Origin: Candidatus Tenderia sp.
Lineage (GTDB): Bacteria; Pseudomonadota; Gammaproteobacteria; Tenderiales; Tenderiaceae
Length of the DNA stretch: 64,000 bases
Direction of reading: 5' to 3'
Assembly: GCA_031416075.1 (NCBI GenBank)
Contig: JANOSY010000002.1
Coordinates: 9,606-73,605 of the forward strand
The position numbers were made by a program, and so were the translations under genes. The notes under the pieces were generated by a model that worked only from the letters and a program-made list of their open reading frames with translations, made no database searches and was not told the DNA's origin. Below, piece after piece: positions 57,952 through 64,000 of this stretch (its first letter is position 1; every line of letters starts with the position of its first letter).

Positions 57952-59358
57952 ATGTTTAAATATCTGTTTGCGAGAAACGAGGATATTCCGCCAGGAACAG
58001 CGGCGGTCTATTTTGGTTTTTCGTCGATTCTTTGGTTTGTTATCGGTACAGGCCTAGGCTCGTTTAACGCGGCCAAGCTTGCGTTTCCTGATTTTGTAAC
58101 AGGAAGCGAACTGTTTTCGTTTGGCCATATGCGCCAAGTTCACGTATTGGCAGTAATTTTTGGTTGGATTTCCATGGCGTTTGCGATGGCGATGATGTAC
58201 ATCACTCCGGCCTTGGGTAATACCAAGCTGTGGTCTGAAAAACTGGGTGTATGGAATTGCTTCTTGTGGAATTTTGGGCTTTCAACAGGCCTGACATTGC
58301 TATGGTTTGGTGTCACGTCTGGGCGTGAATATTCAGACTTTCCGTGGTTCATTGATTTGTTCATTGCGTCGTTTATTGCTCTGCCTTTAGCGATCAATGT
58401 GTGGATGACCATTCTGACTCGTCGTACGCAGGGTATATACACGACCAACTGGTTCTTTGGTGCTGGTGTGTTCATGATTGCCATTGTGTTCATAGTTGGC
58501 AACAGTCCTGAGTGGTTCAACTTGACCGGTTTGAGTGAGGCCTACCTGACGTGGTGGTTTGCTCATAACGTGCTGGGGCTGTGGATTACGCCAATTGCGG
58601 CTGCCATTGCATATTATACGGTTCCAAAAGTGACCGGTAATCCGCTTTATTCACACCGTATTGGACACCTTCATTTCTGGTCAGTTGTAGTGTTTTATTC
58701 TACTCCAGCGGCCCATCATTTGATGTCTGCCCCATTGCCTGAGTGGTTGAAATCTTTTGCATCGGTAGAAGGTGTTTTGATACTTGTGCCTGCAATTGCC
58801 TTCGTCTCTAATTTGCTACTCACTATGCAGGGCAAGTGGCATATGTTCGTGGAAAACGTTGAAATCAAATTTACCATCACCGGTGTTTTGATGGCTATCC
58901 CGTTAAATATGCAGGGTGGTTTTCAGCAAACCCGTGCGATTAACTGGTATGTGCATGGTACTGGTTGGATTGTTGCCCATGCACACTTGGCGTTATTGGG
59001 CTTTTCAACATTCTTGGAAGCGGCAGCGGTATATTACGGTCTTCAGACGATTTTGCGCCGTAAACTGTTTTCGTTGGCACTGGCCAATTTCCACTTCTGG
59101 TTCTTGTTGATAGGGTTCTCAATTTATTGGGTCTCCATGACTATCGCAGGTCTTATCCAAGGGGCAGGTAAAATTTATGAAGTTCCCTACATCGACGTTG
59201 TAATTGCCGAACACCCGTACATGATTGCGCGCTGGGTTGGAGGCACGATGGTATTCACGGGTAATATTGTGTGGTTATACAATATGTACATGACTGCTAA
59301 GGCCGGTACTGAGATACCAGAAGGTCGTCTGCCTCACGAGCTGGCTTACGAACGTTAA
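57952..59358 (+). CDS. ccoN: Family C (cbb3-type) heme-copper oxygen reductase subunit I, divergent clade
   Basis: RQVH, WWFAHN, HFW.....Y.....HH, WIVAHAH: six His plus helix VII Tyr. Confidence 0.9.
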   Translation: MFKYLFARNEDIPPGTAAVYFGFSSILWFVIGTGLGSFNAAKLAFPDFVTGSELFSFGHMRQVHVLAVIFGWISMAFAMAMMYITPALGNTKLWSEKLGVWNCFLWNFGLSTGLTLLWFGVTSGREYSDFPWFIDLFIASFIALPLAINVWMTILTRRTQGIYTTNWFFGAGVFMIAIVFIVGNSPEWFNLTGLSEAYLTWWFAHNVLGLWITPIAAAIAYYTVPKVTGNPLYSHRIGHLHFWSVVVFYSTPAAHHLMSAPLPEWLKSFASVEGVLILVPAIAFVSNLLLTMQGKWHMFVENVEIKFTITGVLMAIPLNMQGGFQQTRAINWYVHGTGWIVAHAHLALLGFSTFLEAAAVYYGLQTILRRKLFSLALANFHFWFLLIGFSIYWVSMTIAGLIQGAGKIYEVPYIDVVIAEHPYMIARWVGGTMVFTGNIVWLYNMYMTAKAGTEIPEGRLPHELAYER

Positions 59359-59381
59359 TAGTAGTAGGGGAGGAATTTTAA

Positions 59382-60332
59382 ATGGCTTTTAGAGAGTATA
59401 AAATCGGAGCGAGGTTGTTTGGGGTAGCTCTTGGTGGTTCCATGGTGATTACGCTGTATTTTCCTACCGTAAACATGACCTCGGTGGCGGTTACCGAGAT
59501 TGGTTTGAAGAAGCAGCTTTCTTATGGACGTATCAGTGGTTTCTCTTACGAAGATCCATTTCTTCGGGGGGAAGGGAAGCCAAAGACTGTAATGCTAAAC
59601 ACAGATCCAAAGACTGGTGCTCAAATTGACCCCATAGAGGCGTATGTCTATGAGGCGGGGGTTCCTTTCCCGAGCGGGGTTAATCATCCCCGTACACTTG
59701 GACCAGGTGTTACACAGCTAAGTGTTGATAAGGGCATGATAGGTGAAGCCAATAAAGGTGCGGGTGCAGTCTTTGTGGTTAGCCGCGGGACTAGCCAGGG
59801 TGAGACGGTTACTTACATCGAAAATGCCAGTGCGACACGCGGCTGGCAACCTAGTGATGTACTGACAACAGCTGGTGATGCCAATACCAAGTTGGTTGGT
59901 TCCGGTAAAATCATGTTTGTGAGGGAAGGGTGTTGGTGGTGTCATACACTGTTGCCTGAGCAGACCCAGGACTGGCAGTATTTTGGTATACCTCCTCGTT
60001 TAGGAGATTTCAATGGTGAGTCCCCAACTGCGTTTGGTTCGGACCGTAAGGCTCCTGATTTGCTGCATGTTGGGTCCCGTAACTCCTCCAAAGAGTGGAT
60101 GATGATGCATTTCTTTAATCCACGTTTGGTGCAGCCGCATTCAATCATGCCACGGTATGACTATTTGTGGGGCGAGAAGGATGCTTCTGGTAAGAGTATC
60201 GATTTTGCTGCTTGGAGAACTGCATACACTGAGTATCAAAAAGGCAAAACAGTTTACCCACCAGAAGTACCGGATTATGCCGCTGATAGCGAGATTCGTT
60301 ACTTGATAGACTTTGTTTTAAGCCTTAAGTAA
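59382..60332 (+). CDS. ccoO: cbb3-type subunit II, extended
   Basis: FVREGCWWCH, FGSDRKAPDL.HVG, HFFNPR...SIMPRY. Confidence 0.88.
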   Translation: MAFREYKIGARLFGVALGGSMVITLYFPTVNMTSVAVTEIGLKKQLSYGRISGFSYEDPFLRGEGKPKTVMLNTDPKTGAQIDPIEAYVYEAGVPFPSGVNHPRTLGPGVTQLSVDKGMIGEANKGAGAVFVVSRGTSQGETVTYIENASATRGWQPSDVLTTAGDANTKLVGSGKIMFVREGCWWCHTLLPEQTQDWQYFGIPPRLGDFNGESPTAFGSDRKAPDLLHVGSRNSSKEWMMMHFFNPRLVQPHSIMPRYDYLWGEKDASGKSIDFAAWRTAYTEYQKGKTVYPPEVPDYAADSEIRYLIDFVLSLK

Positions 60333-60346
60333 GAGGGGATACAATT

Positions 60347-60976
60347 ATGGCATGGAAATTTGATAAACCGCTTCACTCGATGTCTGATGCTGAGCAAAAC
60401 AAAAAGGCTTGTGGTGTATGGGAAGGGGAGAGCTTGGGTGGCATTGCTGAAAATAACAACCGTGTTCCACGTGCCGTTATCTGGCTGATGGTAATGACGA
60501 TTGTTACGGCATTTGCCGTGACTAATCCATTGTGGGGGCAGCGTCCTACAGCATCTTTGTATGTTGATTATGTAAAGCTAATGGATTCCCCTCAAGTGCA
60601 GGCAATTGCCACGGACAAGGGCAAGATGGAGTACATCGTTAATAATGCCAAGTCTAGTGACTCTAGGACCTTGGGGTTGCAAGATCGTCATCCTTTGACA
60701 ATGGATGATCTGCATGTCATCAAAGACCAAATTATTGAACTGGAAAATAAGGGTGTAGACCTTGAAGAATACACAATTATTGGTCCTCATGTTCAGTTGG
60801 CAAACTTTGAGGGTGAGCCTAAGGCTGATGGTACGCCGACACGCAAGCAACCTTTTTGGGATAAGGGTTACACAATTGATATATTTTATGTAGCCTATTT
60901 CTGTATTGCTATGCTGATAGTTATTAAGCGGTTGCCAGATTACAGCTGGAAACCTGATCATAGTGTGGCCCACTAA
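60347..60976 (+). CDS. Heme-less CcoP-N-like membrane protein
   Basis: GVWEG....IAENNNRVPR..IWL resembles the CcoP N-terminus; no CxxCH; second TM near the C-terminus. Confidence 0.65.
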   Translation: MAWKFDKPLHSMSDAEQNKKACGVWEGESLGGIAENNNRVPRAVIWLMVMTIVTAFAVTNPLWGQRPTASLYVDYVKLMDSPQVQAIATDKGKMEYIVNNAKSSDSRTLGLQDRHPLTMDDLHVIKDQIIELENKGVDLEEYTIIGPHVQLANFEGEPKADGTPTRKQPFWDKGYTIDIFYVAYFCIAMLIVIKRLPDYSWKPDHSVAH

Positions 60977-60994
60977 CAAATAAAGGAGTCAGTC

Positions 60995-61120
60995 ATGATT
61001 GATATTGATAACCCGCCTCTAGTTCTGCTAGGGATTATTATAGTGGTGTTTGTTGCACCATTTATCTACAGTTTCTTCATAGATGACTATGATAAGGGTA
61101 AGCCGCAGATTAAATCATAA
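60995..61120 (+). CDS. 41-aa single-TM microprotein (possible CcoQ-like subunit)
   Basis: RBS AAAGGAG; MIDIDNPPLVLLGIIIVVFVAPFIYSFFIDDYDKGKPQIKS. Confidence 0.7.
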   Translation: MIDIDNPPLVLLGIIIVVFVAPFIYSFFIDDYDKGKPQIKS

Positions 61121-61167
61121 CCTGCTTTTTTGCGGGCCAGATGGGCTCGCGATATGTGATTGATTTT

Positions 61168-61196
61168 AATGCCGCTCATTGAGCGGCATTTTTTTT
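61168..61196 (+). terminator. Rho-independent terminator
   Basis: AATGCCGCTC-ATT-GAGCGGCATT followed by a T-run. Confidence 0.85.
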
Positions 61197-61240
61197 CTGT
61201 ATAATGAGTTACTTACTTTGGCTGGGGTGTTGAGGATTAC

Positions 61241-61573
61241 ATGTTATTAGATGCACTTGAAGCAATGATGCCAATAAATATTGCTGTTTCTACCAATACT
61301 GGTTCGATTACTGATGGCCAGTGGGGTGTGGAAGGGCTTTATAGCCAGCAGTTTAGTGTTGGGATTTTTGTGTTCTTAATGATTAGTATCGTGGTTTTTA
61401 CCATTATTGTTATAAAGTTTATGGTAAGTGGCTCCAGTAGTGGTACTGTGGCTGGCGGTAATCAAAAAAAGCTTAAAACTGGCGAGAAGGTCATGTTTTT
61501 TTGGATTTTCTTGGGTATTGCGGGTGCAGTTGTTATGGCGGCCATGCAGTTGCTTCAGGGGTATCTCTTTTAA
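61241..61573 (+). CDS. Hypothetical 2-TM protein
   Basis: RBS GAGGA; two hydrophobic segments. Confidence 0.75.
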   Translation: MLLDALEAMMPINIAVSTNTGSITDGQWGVEGLYSQQFSVGIFVFLMISIVVFTIIVIKFMVSGSSSGTVAGGNQKKLKTGEKVMFFWIFLGIAGAVVMAAMQLLQGYLF

Positions 61574-61579
61574 AGGAGT

Positions 61580-61846
61580 TTGGATATGAATGTGGATAAT
61601 TGGCAGGATGGTTGGACTATCTATATTTGGTTGATTGCGGGGGCAATGATTATCCTGGCTGCGATTGTTGCTTTGCGCTGGGCAAGTAAGAACGAGCAGT
61701 TTGATGAGGATATCAAGTATCTGGTTTTTGATGAAAATGATAAGGATAAGATGTCGCCTGAGGAATTTAAGAAGAGCCAGGAAGTAATGAAGGCGCAGCT
61801 GCAACGTCGTGAAGAAATTCTGAAAGAAAAGCAGGAAAAACCTTAA
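61580..61846 (+). CDS. ccoS: cbb3 oxidase assembly protein CcoS-like
   Basis: TM followed by WASKNEQFDED (CcoS-type WA.K.GQFDD motif). Confidence 0.75.
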   Translation: MDMNVDNWQDGWTIYIWLIAGAMIILAAIVALRWASKNEQFDEDIKYLVFDENDKDKMSPEEFKKSQEVMKAQLQRREEILKEKQEKP

Positions 61847-61850
61847 TATA

Positions 61851-62363
61851 ATGCGTAAAGGTGAGAAGGGTATATTGGCCGCGATAGCGGTGTTTGTTGT
61901 GTTGTTTACAGTTATTAACATGTATCGACAAAACCAGGATAAGTCTCCTGATGAAGGCATTCCTTTTTATACTACTGCTTCTCGTGAGTTGCAGGACAGT
62001 GGTGCCCAGCTGATTCGCGACTTAGAGTGCCGTAAATGTCATACATTGTGGGGTATTCGTGACCCTATGCAGTCTGTGCCTTCACCTTCTTTAGATGGTA
62101 TTGGTGCATTATATGATGAGGAGTGGTTTTATAACTACTTGTCAGCAGCAGACCCTCAGACGATAGTGCCTTCGCGGCTTAAGGCGGAATATCAAATGCC
62201 TTCTTATTCGACTCTTCCTGAGATCGAGCGGCGTCTGTTGGCAGAATACTTATCTCATCTTAAGGTTAAGGAGTGGTACCTGCCTGAAGTGCGTAAAACT
62301 GAGTATGAGAAATTGACTGGAAAAGAGTATACGGACGGAGATGAACGTGCTGATCAGCAGTAA
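61851..62363 (+). CDS. Membrane-anchored monoheme cytochrome c
   Basis: N-terminal TM; CRKCH; PSLDGIG; QMPSY. Confidence 0.88.
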   Translation: MRKGEKGILAAIAVFVVLFTVINMYRQNQDKSPDEGIPFYTTASRELQDSGAQLIRDLECRKCHTLWGIRDPMQSVPSPSLDGIGALYDEEWFYNYLSAADPQTIVPSRLKAEYQMPSYSTLPEIERRLLAEYLSHLKVKEWYLPEVRKTEYEKLTGKEYTDGDERADQQ

Positions 62364-62808
62364 GTTTATGCCGGCATTGATGGCGATTGTTGCGATTACT
62401 GCTGGTGCGCTGGTTAACTATGCGGGTGACCGGCTATTAGGGATCCGGCTGGAACTTTTCTGGGGTGTTTCTACCTTTTCGCCTCTCTGGTCTTTAGATC
62501 TTTTTGTGGTGCCATTTATTGCCGGGATGGTTGTTTCGATGATTTATGGCTTAGGGGGGAAGTTGCTGTGTTATTTTGCTCCGATTCTTGTGCGTGGGAT
62601 CAGTTATATTCAGATGGCCAATTATGAAGGTCTTCCTGATGGGGTAACTCTTCTTCCGTTGGGGTATTGGGTATTAATACTGATTGTGGCAGTTGAGGCG
62701 GCTGCCTTTGGTGGTGTGTTTGGTGAGATTTTGATTAAAAAGGTCTATGGACGCCAGCCGAAGCATCTGCTTTACAAACAGTCATCCGGCAGTAATTCAA
62801 AAAAATAA
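62341..62808 (+). CDS. Hypothetical 4-TM protein
   Basis: Hydrophobic segments; overlaps the upstream gene. Confidence 0.75.
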   Translation: MNVLISSKFMPALMAIVAITAGALVNYAGDRLLGIRLELFWGVSTFSPLWSLDLFVVPFIAGMVVSMIYGLGGKLLCYFAPILVRGISYIQMANYEGLPDGVTLLPLGYWVLILIVAVEAAAFGGVFGEILIKKVYGRQPKHLLYKQSSGSNSKK

Positions 62809-63872
62809 TGGCTAGTAATCTTAAAAAATCCAAGCCGCTGAGTCAGTTAGAGCGGACTAAACGCAGCCGCTACCTCTCCGCCACGCTAGTTACCTGTGCT
62901 GCGTTGGCGGTAGTGGGAGGCAGTATGCATGTCATTGATATTGGCCATGGTCGTGTTTTTGAAGAGATGCGTAATAAGGCAACGTATGATCTGGAGAATA
63001 TGAAGGACCGTATTCGGGCGGCCGGGGAGGACTCAACACGTAATAAAATGAATGAGGCCGGTCTTCAGAAAGCCGAACCAGATTCGCCAGCTGTTGTGGC
63101 GAGTATGTTGACCGCGGAGCAGTGGCGTGAGATTGATACTTTGGTTGCGATTCCGGGGGGCGAGTTTAAGATGGGGTCTGATCAATTACGCACCAGCTCT
63201 CAAAATAGCCCTGAGCACAAGGTGTTACTTCCTGCATACCGTATCGACAAGTACCCTACAACCAATGCCCAATATGCCCGTTTTGTTGCGGAAGCTAAAT
63301 ATCGCCCACCTGCCGATTGGGAGGGTGGTAAGTTGCCTAAAAATGAGGCGTTGCGTCCGGTGACCATGGTCTCTTGGTATGACGCGAGTAACTATTGCAC
63401 ATGGGCGGGTAAGCGATTACCCAAAGAGTCTGAGTGGGAGAAGGCCGCACGTGGTGTAGATGGTCGCCGCTGGCCGTGGGGCAATGATATGGATGCAAAA
63501 CGGCTAAATACTTATTACAGTGTGGGTACTGCCACCGATGTTACCACTTATCTGGATGGTGCCAGCCCGTATGGTGTAATGGATATGGCGGGCAATGTGT
63601 TTCAATGGGTTGAGGATGATTTTTTACCATATGATGGCTCGACTGCGCCGGGCGAGTTGTTTCAAGGCAAGGTTGGCGTGGCAAATACACCACAAGACCG
63701 GGCTATGAAGGTGGTCGACCTTGTTGGAGTGGATGCGAAGTATAAAGTGTTGCGTGGCGGTTCATGGAAAAGTGACCCATTTTCAACGGCGACCTATCAT
63801 CGTAATTATTCATGGCCAAATTATGCGTCGGATTTTTTTGGTTTTCGTTGTGCGGCTGACGTAAATAAATAA
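62808..63872 (+). CDS. FGE-sulfatase-fold (SUMF1/PvdO/NirV-like) membrane-anchored protein
   Basis: FKMGS, RLPKESEWEKAARG, DMAGNVFQW, RGGSW, GFRCA. Confidence 0.9.
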   Translation: MASNLKKSKPLSQLERTKRSRYLSATLVTCAALAVVGGSMHVIDIGHGRVFEEMRNKATYDLENMKDRIRAAGEDSTRNKMNEAGLQKAEPDSPAVVASMLTAEQWREIDTLVAIPGGEFKMGSDQLRTSSQNSPEHKVLLPAYRIDKYPTTNAQYARFVAEAKYRPPADWEGGKLPKNEALRPVTMVSWYDASNYCTWAGKRLPKESEWEKAARGVDGRRWPWGNDMDAKRLNTYYSVGTATDVTTYLDGASPYGVMDMAGNVFQWVEDDFLPYDGSTAPGELFQGKVGVANTPQDRAMKVVDLVGVDAKYKVLRGGSWKSDPFSTATYHRNYSWPNYASDFFGFRCAADVNK

Positions 63873-64000
63873 GGTAATCCCCCGGCTTAGCCGGGGGACT
63901 CACTAGGTTTGACCGAGCGCTACGGTCAGCCTGATTCAAGGGGAAGAGTGCGATATCAATAGCGAGACGATTTGCCGGGAAGACCAGGAATTTCAACGGT
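63873..64000 (+). mobile_element. IS200/IS605-family derivative: end hairpin fused to an internal tnpA fragment (runs off window)
   Basis: GTAATCCCCCGGCTTAGCCGGGGGAC hairpin; 63938-64000 translates KGKSAISIARRFAGKTRNFNG. Confidence 0.8.

Noticed and set aside
57952-59358. Nitric oxide reductase (cNOR)
   Set aside because: Helix VII Tyr is present and the HLWVEG-type Glu is absent, which fits a family C oxygen reductase
62808-63872. DGR target (FGE-type C-type lectin fold)
   Set aside because: No reverse transcriptase and no adenine-mismatched template repeat of the 3' end seen in the window

Overview
Gammaproteobacterial chromosomal segment, probably from a chemolithotroph (inferred from gene content). 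The conserved backbone is bcp, a GT2-GtrA-ChbG trio, trhP-rdgB-rph, yicC, gmk-rpoZ-spoT-ridA-recG-ubiC-ubiA, kdsD-kdsC-lptCAB-rpoN-ptsN-hprK-rapZ-EIIA-HPr-ptsI-mgtE, a Gld-like ABC module and mutM. Four accessory blocks interrupt it. (1) Between rph and yicC: a hybrid kinase with a FixL-like heme-PAS and a response regulator. (2) Between yicC and gmk: a ~10 kb integrase-less island with two paralog-like mosaic lipoproteins, each followed by the same ~130-bp palindromic element. One is a ~950-aa Ig-repeat stalk ending in a c551/c552 cytochrome domain. The island also has a CsgG/DUF799-like three-gene operon and a LuxR-type regulator. (3) At 42-45 kb: a decay hotspot with a ceramidase-like pseudogene, REP cluster, a catalase-like protein lacking the distal His, and a broken IS30. 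(4) From ~52 kb to the end: an AT-richer respiratory island with a diheme c4 cytochrome, monoheme cytochromes, a divergent cbb3-type CcoN/CcoO, a heme-less CcoP-like protein, a stand-alone 4-TM heme-copper-oxidase unit, three unannotated 30-41-aa membrane microproteins, CcoS and an FGE-fold protein. This block resembles the Cyc1/distal-cbb3 cassette of neutrophilic iron oxidisers. Small mobile DNA is abundant: GTAG-type REPs (one pair translated inside rdgB), a MITE, a 26-bp mini-insertion seen twice, and an internally deleted IS200. All family calls are from motif recognition by eye; no database searches were run.
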